A stretch of DNA of 64,000 nucleotides, taken from NCBI GenBank assembly GCA_036563665.1, contig DATCLY010000069.1, forward strand, positions 38,146 through 102,145, given 5' to 3'. Made by a program: the position numbers and the translations under genes. Of this stretch, positions 51,248 to 60,342 are shown piece after piece. This DNA comes from Gammaproteobacteria bacterium. Its GTDB lineage: Bacteria; Pseudomonadota; Gammaproteobacteria; Steroidobacterales; Rariloculaceae. How positions within the stretch are numbered: the first letter of the stretch is position 1; each line of letters opens with the position of its first letter. The notes under the pieces were generated by a model, which saw nothing but the letters and a program-made list of their open reading frames with translations, had not been told where the DNA came from and did no database searches.

Positions 51248-52146
51248 TGCAGATCGAAGCCGAGCCGGGCGAGCTCGCGCTCGCTGTCGGCCCAGTGCTC
51301 GCGCACCTTCACCCAGAGCTCGAGATGCACGCGCTCACCGAGCAGTTGCCTGAGCTCGTGGCGCGCCTGGGTGCCCACGGCCTTGAGCATGGCGCCATCC
51401 TTGCCGATGACGATCGGCTTGTGGCTCTCGCGGTCGATCCAGATGAGCGCATGCACAAGGCGCTGGCCCTCTTCGGTATGGCCCAGGTGCTCCACCTCGA
51501 CGGCGAGGCCGTATGGGACCTCCTGGCGCAGCGCGGTCATGAGCTTCTCGCGGATCACCTCCGCGATGCGGAACTTGAGATCGCGGTCCGTGACCATGCC
51601 GGGCGGAAAGAGCAGCGGCCCCTCCGGCAGCCGCTTCATGATCTCAAGCAGCAGCGCGTCGAGATTGTCGCCGCGCCGCGCCGAGATCGGCACGAACGCG
51701 GCGAACGGCCAGGCTCGCGCCTCGTCGAGCAGCGGCAGCAGCGCCTTCTTCGACGGGAGCCGATCGATCTTGTTGATCACGAGCACCGTGCGATCGAGCT
51801 TGTCGCGCAACGTCTCGATCAGCGCCCTGTCATCCGCGGTGATCCCTTTCGCCTCGATGACGAGCAGGGCCACGTCGCAGTCCTCCACCGCCTGATGGAT
51901 CGCGCGCGCCATCAGGCGGTGCAGCGCGCGTTTCGTGCGGCGGGCGTGGCCCGGCGTGTCGATGAACACCGCCTGCCGGTTGCCGCGGGTGAGCACGCCG
52001 AGGATGCGGTGGCGCGTGGTGTGCGGCTTCTCGGTGACGATGCTCACCTTCTCGCCGACGAGCGCGTTCATGAGCGTCGACTTGCCCACGTTGGGCCTGC
52101 CGACGATCGCCACGTACCCGCAACGGCTGTCGTCAGGTGTGCTCAC
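51244..52146 (-). CDS. era: GTPase Era
   Basis: GYVAIVGRPNVGKSTLMN, DTPG, NKID, KH domain at the C-terminus. Confidence 0.96.
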   Translation of the reverse strand: MSTPDDSRCGYVAIVGRPNVGKSTLMNALVGEKVSIVTEKPHTTRHRILGVLTRGNRQAVFIDTPGHARRTKRALHRLMARAIHQAVEDCDVALLVIEAKGITADDRALIETLRDKLDRTVLVINKIDRLPSKKALLPLLDEARAWPFAAFVPISARRGDNLDALLLEIMKRLPEGPLLFPPGMVTDRDLKFRIAEVIREKLMTALRQEVPYGLAVEVEHLGHTEEGQRLVHALIWIDRESHKPIVIGKDGAMLKAVGTQARHELRQLLGERVHLELWVKVREHWADSERELARLGFDLQ

Positions 52147-52816
52147 CGGTCAGCAGCGACAGCATGGCGGCGGCCGCCTGCTGCTCGGCTCGGCGCCGGC
52201 TCGGCCCTCTGCCCTTCGTCTGGAGACTACGCTCTTTCACCTCGCACACCACCGTGAAGACGCGCTGGTGGTCCAGGCCCGCGACCAGGTCCACGCGGTA
52301 GGTGGGCAGCTGCCAGCCCCGCGCCTGGAGCCACTCCTGCAGCTGCGTCTTCGAGTCCTTGAGCACGTCGGACTCGGGCAGCTCGTCGATCCTGTCGGCG
52401 AACAGGCGCCCGACCAGCTCGTCCGCGGCCTCCGGGCCGCCGTCGAGCAGCACGGCGCCGATCAGCGCTTCCACCGCGTCCGCGAGCACGGCGCCCCGCC
52501 GCGCGCCGCCCGAGCGCAGCTCGCCCGGGCCCAGGATGATTATCGAGTCGATGCCGAGATCCTGTCCAATGGCGGCGAGCGTGGGCTTCTTCACGAGCGC
52601 GGCGCGCGCGCGGCTCAAGTCGCCCTCGGTGTCGTTGGGTCGGCGCTCGTACAGCCGGCGGGCGATCGCGAAGCTCAGGAAGGCATCCCCGAGGAATTCG
52701 AGGCGCTCGTTGTTGTCGCGCGAGGCGCTGCGGTGCGTCAGCGCCATGTCGAGCAGCGCGGGATTCTTGAAGCGGTAGTGAAGCTTGTTCTCGGCCCAGG
52801 AGGCGCGAGGGTTCAC
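52133..52816 (-). CDS. rnc: ribonuclease III
   Basis: Signature NERLEFLGDA. dsRBD at the C-terminus. Confidence 0.96.
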   Translation of the reverse strand: MNPRASWAENKLHYRFKNPALLDMALTHRSASRDNNERLEFLGDAFLSFAIARRLYERRPNDTEGDLSRARAALVKKPTLAAIGQDLGIDSIIILGPGELRSGGARRGAVLADAVEALIGAVLLDGGPEAADELVGRLFADRIDELPESDVLKDSKTQLQEWLQARGWQLPTYRVDLVAGLDHQRVFTVVCEVKERSLQTKGRGPSRRRAEQQAAAAMLSLLTGEHT

Positions 52817-53184
52817 CGCACGATCTCTACCTGCTTGTCGAACACCACCAGCAGCCAGACGTCGGCAATGTAGGGGACGCGGTTCTCGTGCTGGATGTGC
52901 ACCTCATAGCCATTGCGGGACTGGTTGATCTTGATCGCCTCGTTCGGCAGGTCGATGTCCTCGATCGCGAAGCGATTGTCGATGGCCCGGCGGATGGCCT
53001 GCGGCGTGGTGCTCTGTCCGGCGAGCTCGCGCTGGACGTCCTCGAGCACTCTGGAGAGCTTCATGTTCTGGATGTACATCGGCACGAGCTTGATGCCCGC
53101 GAGCCCCACGATGCCGAACAGGGTTGCGAGCAGCAGGAAGCCGATGACGGTGATGCCGGCTTGACGCCGGGCGAGGCCGGTCAC
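52813..53184 (-). CDS. DUF4845-type small membrane protein
   Basis: TM segment ITVIGFLLLATLFGIVGLAGIKLVPMY. Conserved position between lepB and rnc. GTG 53184 forms a GTGA overlap with the lepB stop. Confidence 0.7.
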   Translation of the reverse strand: MTGLARRQAGITVIGFLLLATLFGIVGLAGIKLVPMYIQNMKLSRVLEDVQRELAGQSTTPQAIRRAIDNRFAIEDIDLPNEAIKINQSRNGYEVHIQHENRVPYIADVWLLVVFDKQVEIVR

Positions 53185-53960
53185 TCGATACCCTTTCCGA
53201 TGCGGCTCCATATCGGCCCTCCTTCCGCAGGCCAACGCCAGTTCATCCAGATACGTACGGCCTTGCCCACGAGCCGATCCTCGGGAATGAATTCCACGCC
53301 GTCGAAGCGACTGTCGCGGCTGTTGTCGCGATTGTCGCCCATGACGAAATAGTGCCCTTCGGGCACCACGTAGGTGCCCCCGGGGCTCAACCGCCCGCGC
53401 GTGAGGAGCACGAAATGCTCGTGCTCGCCGAGCTTCTCGCGCGCGATCTCGAGACCCGGGTCCCCTTCGTAGGCGCCCTTGAGCTCGAGCGGAACTTCCT
53501 TGCCGTTGATCGTGAGCTGCTTGGTGCCCTGCTGATAGGTCACCACGTCGCCGGGCAGGCCCACCACGCGTTTGATGTAGTTCACGGACGGGTCCGAAGG
53601 CAGCTTGAACACGATCACGTCGCCGCGCTCGGGCTCGCCGAGATCCACGATCTCGGTATTTAGAACCGGCAACCGCAACCCATACGCGAACTTGTTCACA
53701 AAAATAAAATCTCCCTCGAGCAGCGTCGGCATCATCGACCCGGAAGGGATGCGGAACGGCTCGAAGAGGAAGGAACGGATGAGCAGCACCAGCAGCAGGA
53801 TCGGGAAGAACGACTTCGAGTACTCGACGAGCACCGGCTCCCGAACGGCGGCGCCGCCGGCCGCGCGGGCGCGCCGGCCTCGGGCGAAGAACAGGGCGTC
53901 GACGAGCCAGACGAGGCCCGTGACGAAGGTGGCGATGACGAGAATCAGCGCGAAGTCCAC
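53181..53960 (-). CDS. lepB: signal peptidase I
   Basis: IPSGSMMPTL (catalytic Ser box), KRVVGLPGD, GDNRDNSRDSR. Confidence 0.96.
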   Translation of the reverse strand: MDFALILVIATFVTGLVWLVDALFFARGRRARAAGGAAVREPVLVEYSKSFFPILLLVLLIRSFLFEPFRIPSGSMMPTLLEGDFIFVNKFAYGLRLPVLNTEIVDLGEPERGDVIVFKLPSDPSVNYIKRVVGLPGDVVTYQQGTKQLTINGKEVPLELKGAYEGDPGLEIAREKLGEHEHFVLLTRGRLSPGGTYVVPEGHYFVMGDNRDNSRDSRFDGVEFIPEDRLVGKAVRIWMNWRWPAEGGPIWSRIGKGIE

Positions 53961-54004
53961 TTACGGCCTGCCTTCGTCCATTCGCAAAAGTGTTGGAGTA
54001 TTGG

Positions 54005-55798
54005 TCATTTCTTGTCGACCTGCAACACGGCCAGGAAGGCCTCCTGCGGTATCTCGACCGAGCCGAGCTGCTTCATTCTGCGCTTGCCCGCCTTCTGCTT
54101 TTCGAGAAGCTTGCGCTTGCGGGTGACGTCGCCGCCGTAGAGCTTCGCGGTCACGTCCTTGCGGTAAGCCTTCACCGTGCTCCGCGCGATGATCTGGCTG
54201 CCGATCGCCGCCTGCACCGCCACCTCGAACTGCTGGCGGGGGATGACCTCGCGCAGCGTCTCGACGAGCTGCCGCCCTTTGCGCTCCGCCCCCTGGCGAT
54301 GCACGATCATCGCCATGGCGTCCACGCGCTCCTTGTTGATCAAGATGTCGAGCTTCACGAGCGGCGCCGGATCGAAGCGCAGGAACTGATAATCGAACGA
54401 CGCGTAGCCGCGGCTCACGGACTTCAAGCGATCGAAGAAGTCGAGCACCACCTCCGCGAGCGGCAACTCGAACTCCGCGGACACCTGCCGCCCGGAGTAC
54501 TGCAGCTTCTTCTGCACGCCGCGCTTCTCGATGCAGAGCTGGATGACATTGCCGAGATACTCCTGCGGCACGAGGATGCTCGCGAGGATGATCGGCTCGC
54601 GGATCTCGCGGATCTTGCTCGCTTCCGGCAGCTTCGCCGGGTTGTCGACCTTGAGCACCTCGCCGTCGGTGGTCTCCACCTCGTACACCACCGTGGGCGC
54701 GGTCGAGATCAGCTCGAGCCCGTGCTCGCGCTCCAGGCGCTCCTGGACGATCTCCATGTGGAGGAGCCCCAGGAAGCCGCAGCGGAAGCCGAAGCCGAGC
54801 GCGCCGCTCGTCTCGGGCTCGAACACGAGCGACGCGTCGTTCAAGGAAAGCTTCTGCAGCGCCTCGCGGAACGCCGGGTAGTCCTCAGATCTCACGGGGA
54901 ACAGGCCCGCGAACACGCGCGGCTGGATGCGCTTGAAGCCGGGCAGCGCCGGCGTATCGGGCTGGTCGGCGGAGATGATCGTGTCGCCCACCGGGGCCGC
55001 GTCGATCTCGCGGATGGCGGCGATCAAATACCCCACCTCGCCCGCCTCGAGCGTATCGCGCAGCGCCGCCCGCGGCGTGAACACGCCGAGCCGCTCCACC
55101 GTGTACTTGCGGTTGGTGGAATGCACCAGGATGCGATCGCCGACGCGAACGCGCCCGTTCATCACGCGCACGAGCGAGACCACGCCCGCGTAGCTGTCGA
55201 ACCACGAGTCCACGATCAGCGCCTGCAGCGGCGCGTCGGGGCTCCCCTTCGGCGGCGGGATGCGCTGGATGATCCGCTCGAGCAGCTCGTCCACGCCCTG
55301 GCCCGTCTTCGCGCTGATGCGCAGCGCGTCGCCCGCCTCGATGCCGATGATGTCCTCGATCTCGCGGATCACGCGCTCCGGATCCGCCGTGGGCAGGTCG
55401 ATCTTGTTGATGACGGGCACGACCTCGAGCCCCTGCTCGATGGCCGTGTAGCAGTTCGCCACGCTCTGCGCTTCCACGCCCTGGCCCGCGTCCACCACGA
55501 GCAGGGCGCCCTCGCAGGCGGCGAGCGAGCGGGACACCTCGTAGGAGAAGTCCACGTGGCCCGGCGTGTCGATGAGATTGAACCGATACTCCTGCCCGTC
55601 GCGCGCCTTGTAGGTCAGGGCCACGCTCTGCGCCTTGATGGTGATGCCCCGCTCCCGCTCGAGGTCCATGGAGTCGAGCACCTGATCTTCCATCTCGCGC
55701 TCGGGCAGGGCGCCGCACCGCTGGATGAAGCGGTCCGCCAGCGTCGACTTGCCGTGGTCGACGTGGGCGATGATGCAGAAGTTGCGTATCCGTTCCAT
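54005..55798 (-). CDS. lepA: elongation factor 4 (LepA)
   Basis: [23 protein letters not shown]...DTPGHVDF...NKID. 597 aa. Confidence 0.97.
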   Translation of the reverse strand: MERIRNFCIIAHVDHGKSTLADRFIQRCGALPEREMEDQVLDSMDLERERGITIKAQSVALTYKARDGQEYRFNLIDTPGHVDFSYEVSRSLAACEGALLVVDAGQGVEAQSVANCYTAIEQGLEVVPVINKIDLPTADPERVIREIEDIIGIEAGDALRISAKTGQGVDELLERIIQRIPPPKGSPDAPLQALIVDSWFDSYAGVVSLVRVMNGRVRVGDRILVHSTNRKYTVERLGVFTPRAALRDTLEAGEVGYLIAAIREIDAAPVGDTIISADQPDTPALPGFKRIQPRVFAGLFPVRSEDYPAFREALQKLSLNDASLVFEPETSGALGFGFRCGFLGLLHMEIVQERLEREHGLELISTAPTVVYEVETTDGEVLKVDNPAKLPEASKIREIREPIILASILVPQEYLGNVIQLCIEKRGVQKKLQYSGRQVSAEFELPLAEVVLDFFDRLKSVSRGYASFDYQFLRFDPAPLVKLDILINKERVDAMAMIVHRQGAERKGRQLVETLREVIPRQQFEVAVQAAIGSQIIARSTVKAYRKDVTAKLYGGDVTRKRKLLEKQKAGKRRMKQLGSVEIPQEAFLAVLQVDKK

Positions 55799-55831
55799 GG
55801 GCGTCCGCCCGGCCGCACGCGGGGCGGCTGA

Positions 55832-56071
55832 TTATACGGGCCGCCGGCTCAATATATGTTCGACGCGCTCGCGGTCGAGCGGGTACTCCGAAACCTCCGT
55901 ATCGCCGGCGACCAGCACGGGAATCCGCAGGCCGTAGCGGCGCTCGAGCTCGGGGTCGCCGCTCACGTCCACGATCCGAACCTCGGCGCGGCCCCGCACG
56001 AGCGGCTCGAGCTCCGCCAGCATCTCCTCGCAGAGGTGGCAGCCGGGGCGGCTATAGAGAACGAGGGTCAT
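55832..56071 (-). CDS. glutaredoxin-like thioredoxin-fold protein (DUF836 type)
   Basis: MTLVLYSRPGCHLCEEM (CxxC)...IPVL. 79 aa. It is the C-terminal part of junk-extended track ORF 55832..56479. ATGA overlap with the rseC stop. Confidence 0.75.
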   Translation of the reverse strand: MTLVLYSRPGCHLCEEMLAELEPLVRGRAEVRIVDVSGDPELERRYGLRIPVLVAGDTEVSEYPLDRERVEHILSRRPV

Positions 56072-56550
56072 GCGAAGCGCCTGAGCGTGAGGTGGCGCAG
56101 CGCGAGGGCCTCCACCCGGCGGGCCGCGCGCCGCGCGCCCACCACGACCAGGGCGACGCCCGCGGCGGCGCCGGCCACCGCCCCGCCGTCGCCGCCGGTG
56201 ACCGCGAGCCCCGCCACGGCCCCGCCGAGCAGACCCGCGAGCGGCAACCCGTGCAGCAGCAAGGCGGCGAGCAGCAGGTAGCGGTGCGGCATGGAGACCA
56301 GCACGCGATCGCCCACGCCGAGCGCGAGCTCGGTGCGCAGCCGCGCCCGCGACCCGCCGGGCCGGCCCCAGAGGCAGGCGCCGCGGCAACCCTCGCAGCG
56401 AGCCCGCTCGTCGAGCTCGAGCTCCACGACCCCGTCGCGCGCCGCGGCAACCACGGCCGGCGCCGTGAGACAGCGCCACGGGGGCGTTGGACCGCCCGCG
56501 GCCCGGTGGATTCCGCGGTGGCGGCGATCGGTCGGCTCCGACGGGCTCAC
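56068..56550 (-). CDS. rseC: RseC/MucC family sigma-E regulatory membrane protein
   Basis: ...AVVAAARDGVVELELDERARCEGCRGACLW... (Cys-rich N-domain) followed by two TM helices (LLLAALLLHGLPLAGLLGGAVAGL...). GTG 56550 forms a GTGA overlap with the rseB stop. The start is tentative. Confidence 0.7.
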   Translation of the reverse strand: MSPSEPTDRRHRGIHRAAGGPTPPWRCLTAPAVVAAARDGVVELELDERARCEGCRGACLWGRPGGSRARLRTELALGVGDRVLVSMPHRYLLLAALLLHGLPLAGLLGGAVAGLAVTGGDGGAVAGAAAGVALVVVGARRAARRVEALALRHLTLRRFA

Positions 56551-57515
56551 TCGGCGGTCAGCGACGAGGCGATCGTGCGCACGGTCTGCTGCGGCACCTC
56601 GCCGATCGCCGTGACCCTGCGGCCTCGCAGCATGAGCGAGAAGGCGTTCGTGCTGCCCATCTTCACGAAGCCTTCCGTGAGCTCCGCCTTGGTCTTCGGA
56701 TCCTCGATGAACACCGACACGGTGGCGAGGCCGTCGGAGTACACGAGGTGCTCCACCGGATACTCGGAGCCCGCGATGAGACCGCGCGTGGCGGCCGACA
56801 GCCGGAAGCCGCCCGGCAGCTGCGCCGCCCGCCAGGACACCTCGGCCGGCTCGCCTTCCACGCTCGTGGAGGTGGGCGGCCGGTACCAGGTGAAGCCTTC
56901 CGTCTTGGTGGTGGGCTCGATCGCCTCCGGCCGGATGAAATCGACGATGTCGAGATTGGTGAAAACGATCTGCTCGACGATGGTGCCGCGCTCGTCCACG
57001 ACCTGGGTCTTGAGCGGCATGGCCGTCTCCTCGTCCAGCCACAGGCGGTAGCCGTAGCGAAACTCGTCCCGGGGCTGGATGGCGACGACCTGTGCCCGGC
57101 GCTTGGCGACGCGCGCCGTGGCTTGCAGCGCGATCTCGTAGTTCGGCTCGAGCTCCGCGTCGTAGCTCGGCAAGGCGGACGCGAGCGGGTTCAGCTCCTT
57201 CCGCTGCTCGAGCAGCACGATCCGGTGGTCGGGCAATATGCACTGCACCTCGTCCTCGCGGCGGATGATTTCCCGCATCGCACCGTCGAGCGCGAGGATG
57301 CGCTCGGCCACCCGTCCGCCCTCGTTGCGGTGAATGATCTGCAGCGTCTCGGTGGTGCCGTCGCGCACGTGGACGAACGTGCCCTGGTAGTTCAGCTCCT
57401 CCACCGCCCGGGTCATGCGGTCGAGCCAATCACGGGCGTCCTGCGCCGAAGCCTCGGCAGCAGCGAGGACGAGCAGCAGTAGAGACCGCTGAGCGCAGCT
57501 CGACGCCGGCATCAC
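56547..57515 (-). CDS. rseB: sigma-E regulatory protein RseB/MucB
   Basis: 322 aa. Signal peptide, then ...ARDWLDRMTRAVEELNYQGTFVHVRDG... is the typical RseB N-domain. Confidence 0.9.
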   Translation of the reverse strand: MMPASSCAQRSLLLLVLAAAEASAQDARDWLDRMTRAVEELNYQGTFVHVRDGTTETLQIIHRNEGGRVAERILALDGAMREIIRREDEVQCILPDHRIVLLEQRKELNPLASALPSYDAELEPNYEIALQATARVAKRRAQVVAIQPRDEFRYGYRLWLDEETAMPLKTQVVDERGTIVEQIVFTNLDIVDFIRPEAIEPTTKTEGFTWYRPPTSTSVEGEPAEVSWRAAQLPGGFRLSAATRGLIAGSEYPVEHLVYSDGLATVSVFIEDPKTKAELTEGFVKMGSTNAFSLMLRGRRVTAIGEVPQQTVRTIASSLTAE

Positions 57516-58162
57516 TGGACTGGCTCTTCTTCGAGATCGATTACGGGCTCGGGTGCCGCCGGCATCTCGGTGTGGTTGACGCTGATCACGTTGGAGTGCA
57601 CCGCCGTGCGATTGAGATGCGAGGCATATTGACCGTGCTGCACGAGATAGTTCGTGAGGCGTATCGGCAGCTCCCGCCGCTCGCGCGGCGTGGCGTCCTG
57701 GGCGGGCACCACGTAGCTCTCCGGCTCACGCCATTGGCTCGCGGTCAGGGCGCCGGCCGGCGCCGTAACGGTCCCGTCGGCGCCGGTGTCTCCGGTGTAG
57801 CGCAGCAGCCCGATCGCCGCCACGGCCACGGTCGCCGCGATGCCGGCTCCCGCGAGCGGCCGCACGAGGCGACGGTTGCGCAGCGGGGCGAGCCGCGCCG
57901 CGCGCGCCGCCGGCTGAGCGGGCAACGCCGCTTTCGGCGCGCCGTCGAGGGCGGCCTGAATGCGGCGGCGCAGGATCAAGGGGTCCGGCTGCAGCAGCTC
58001 GCCGCGGAGCGCTGCGCCGATGATGGAGTAGCGGATCAGCCGTTCGCGCGCGGCCGTGTCACGCTCGAGCCGTCGAACCAGAAAGGCGCTTTCCTCCTCG
58101 GAAAGCTCGTCGTCGATGAACGCCGAAAGTTGGTCGTGGACTGGCTCTGTCATGGCGGTCAT
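57512..58162 (-). CDS. rseA: anti-sigma-E factor RseA/MucA
   Basis: ...HDQLSAFIDDELSEEESAFLVRRLERD...RYSIIGAALRGE is the RseA N-domain. Central TM segment. Confidence 0.9.
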   Translation of the reverse strand: MTAMTEPVHDQLSAFIDDELSEEESAFLVRRLERDTAARERLIRYSIIGAALRGELLQPDPLILRRRIQAALDGAPKAALPAQPAARAARLAPLRNRRLVRPLAGAGIAATVAVAAIGLLRYTGDTGADGTVTAPAGALTASQWREPESYVVPAQDATPRERRELPIRLTNYLVQHGQYASHLNRTAVHSNVISVNHTEMPAAPEPVIDLEEEPVQ

Positions 58163-58782
58163 TGGAGAAGAGGACCGAGACGTTTATCGATCGCCTCCCG
58201 GGCGCGGAAGATTCGCGAGCGCACCGTGCCGACCGGGCATTCCATCGTCTGCGCGATCTCCTCGTAGCTCATCCCCTCGATTTCGCGCAACAGAATGGCC
58301 GTTCGCAGCTCTTCCGGCAAGTCGGCTATCGCCTTGGTGATGACCTCCCGGATGTCGTCCGACTGCGCGATGCCTTCCGGCGTGTCGAGCTCGCGCAGGT
58401 CCGAGAGCAGGTCCTGCTGCTCGGGATCCTGGAGATCGAGATTGAAGTGCGAGGGGCGCCGGCCCGCGGCCACGAGATAGTTCTTGGCGGTATTGATGGC
58501 GATGCGATACAACCAGGTGTAGAACGCGCTGTCGCCGCGGAAGGAGGGCGCCGCTCGATAGGCCTTGAGGAAAGCCTCCTGGGTGACGTCCAGCGCTTCG
58601 GACGGGTCTCGCACGTACCGCATCACCAGCTTCAGAATTTTGTGCTGATACTTGATCACCAACAGGTCGAACGCCGACCTGTCGCCTTGTTGGACGCGTT
58701 TGATCAGAGCCAGGTCGGAAGAACCACTGCCCCCTTGGGGCCGTGCACCCGGATCTGCCAAATGCTTTTTGGTAGACCCCAT
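58159..58782 (-). CDS. rpoE: RNA polymerase sigma-E (RpoE/AlgU)
   Basis: ...LIKRVQQGDRSAFDLLVIKYQHKILKLVMRYV...FYTWLYRIAINTAKNYL...CPVGTVRSRIFRAREAIDKRL. ATG 58782 is chosen; TTG 58761 is possible. Confidence 0.95.
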   Translation of the reverse strand: MGSTKKHLADPGARPQGGSGSSDLALIKRVQQGDRSAFDLLVIKYQHKILKLVMRYVRDPSEALDVTQEAFLKAYRAAPSFRGDSAFYTWLYRIAINTAKNYLVAAGRRPSHFNLDLQDPEQQDLLSDLRELDTPEGIAQSDDIREVITKAIADLPEELRTAILLREIEGMSYEEIAQTMECPVGTVRSRIFRAREAIDKRLGPLLQ

Positions 58783-58864
58783 ATGACACCAAAAAGTTCG
58801 CTCATCAAGAGCGTTTGCGCGAGGCCGAATTGCCGCCGCGCGAAGGGCCAAGTTAAGACCGATT

Positions 58865-59341
58865 CTAACTGAAATCCGGGGGCCGTTCGGGCCGCGCTGC
58901 GGAGCTTCGCCTGAGCTCGGCCTGCAGCGCCCGCCACGCCTCGGCCGGCACCTGGTCCCGCAGCAGCAGGACGGCCAGCCGGGCGCGCCGGTGCGCACCC
59001 TCCACCCGAAAAACGAGCCGCGCCCAGCGGCGGCCGAAGACGGTCGCCGGATCGAGGCGCAACCCGCCCGGCGTTTGCCCCGCGACCGACCAGCGCCCGT
59101 CGGTGTGACGGCAGAGCACGGGCGGCCGTCGCGGCCGCCGAACGACGGCGTGCAGCACGAGCAGGGCGGCGCCGGCCGCGCGCACGGCGAGCGGGGCATC
59201 GAGCCACGCGACGCCGCCGAGCGCCGCGAGATGCACGGCGCACCAATACGAGAGAAGCAGGACCGACGTCTCAGGCGCGAGGATCAGCGACGCGCCGGAC
59301 GTGAGCGACGATGCGCGCGATATCGGGGTCGGCCGGCTCAC
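58865..59341 (-). CDS. ygfX: YgfX (CptA)-like inner-membrane protein
   Basis: Two TM helices (VLLLSYWCAVHLAALGGV / AAGAALLVLHAVV), then RRPRRPP...DGRWSV...WARLVFR.....LLLLRDQVPAEAWRALQAELRR. Same architecture and position after sdhE as in E. coli. The only canonical start (ATG 59341) overlaps sdhE by 71 nt. Confidence 0.65.
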   Translation of the reverse strand: MSRPTPISRASSLTSGASLILAPETSVLLLSYWCAVHLAALGGVAWLDAPLAVRAAGAALLVLHAVVRRPRRPPVLCRHTDGRWSVAGQTPGGLRLDPATVFGRRWARLVFRVEGAHRRARLAVLLLRDQVPAEAWRALQAELRRSSAARPERPPDFS

Positions 59342-59525
59342 GGCGCCCGGTAACGTACGCGAAGAGCTCCGGGTCCGGCAGATCCAGAACGCGCTCGAAC
59401 GTCGACTTATCCTGCTCGCTCAACTCGCCGTACGCGCGATCCACGAACGCGAACAGCACCGCGTCGAGCTCGCGCATGCCCCGCCGGCATCGCCAGCGCA
59501 CGCGCGCGAGGTCGCTCGCCGTCAT
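59271..59525 (-). CDS. sdhE: FAD assembly factor SdhE (SDHAF2 family)
   Basis: 84 aa. RVRWRCRRGMRELDAVLFAFVD...DPELFAYV. Confidence 0.92.
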   Translation of the reverse strand: MTASDLARVRWRCRRGMRELDAVLFAFVDRAYGELSEQDKSTFERVLDLPDPELFAYVTGRREPADPDIARIVAHVRRVADPRA

Positions 59526-59543
59526 CGGCGCGGCGCCGCCGCC

Positions 59544-60329
59544 CTAGTGGCGGCGCTCGGCGAGCATCTTCTTGATCTCGGCGATGGCGCGGCCGGGATT
59601 CAGGTTCTTCGGGCACACGTCCGTGCAGTTCAGGATCGTGTGGCAGCGGTAGAGCCGGAACGCGTCGTCGAGGTCGTCGAGCCGCTCGCCCTTCGCCTCG
59701 TCACGGCTGTCGACGAGCCAGCGGTAGGCCTGCAGCAGCGCGGCGGGGCCCAAGTAACGGTCGGGATTCCACCAGTAGCTCGGGCAGGACGTCGTGCAGC
59801 ACGCGCACAGGATGCACGCCGACGGCTCGTTGATCTTCTCCTGGTCTTCCTTGGACTGCAGCCGCTCGCGGTCCGGCGGTGGCGGCGTCTGCGCCTGGAG
59901 CCACGGCTTCACGGCGGCGTACTGCGCGTAGAAGCGCGTGAGGTCCGTCACGAGGTCCTTCACGACGGGCTGGCTCGGCAGCGGATAGATCGTCACGGCC
60001 GCGCCCTTCACGTCCTCCACGGGCGTGAGGCACGCGAGCGCGTTGGTGCCGCCGATGTTCATGGAGCAGGACCCGCAGATGCCTTCCCGGCACGAGCGCC
60101 GGAACGACAGCGTGGGGTCGATCTCGTTTTTGATCTTGAACAGCGCGTCGAGGACCATCGGACCGCAGTCCGCCATGTCCACGGTGTAGCTGTCGAGGCG
60201 CGGGTTCTCGCCCGACGTGGGATCGTAGCGGTACACGCGGAACTCGCGCGGGTTCTTGGCCCCCTCCGGGGCGGGATGCTTCTTGCCCTCCTGCACCTTC
60301 GAGTTCGGGGGCAGCGTGAACTTGGCCAT
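59544..60329 (-). CDS. sdhB: succinate dehydrogenase iron-sulfur subunit
   Basis: Cys clusters [43 protein letters not shown]. Confidence 0.97.
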   Translation of the reverse strand: MAKFTLPPNSKVQEGKKHPAPEGAKNPREFRVYRYDPTSGENPRLDSYTVDMADCGPMVLDALFKIKNEIDPTLSFRRSCREGICGSCSMNIGGTNALACLTPVEDVKGAAVTIYPLPSQPVVKDLVTDLTRFYAQYAAVKPWLQAQTPPPPDRERLQSKEDQEKINEPSACILCACCTTSCPSYWWNPDRYLGPAALLQAYRWLVDSRDEAKGERLDDLDDAFRLYRCHTILNCTDVCPKNLNPGRAIAEIKKMLAERRH

Positions 60330-60342
60330 GCGAGTTGAGCTC

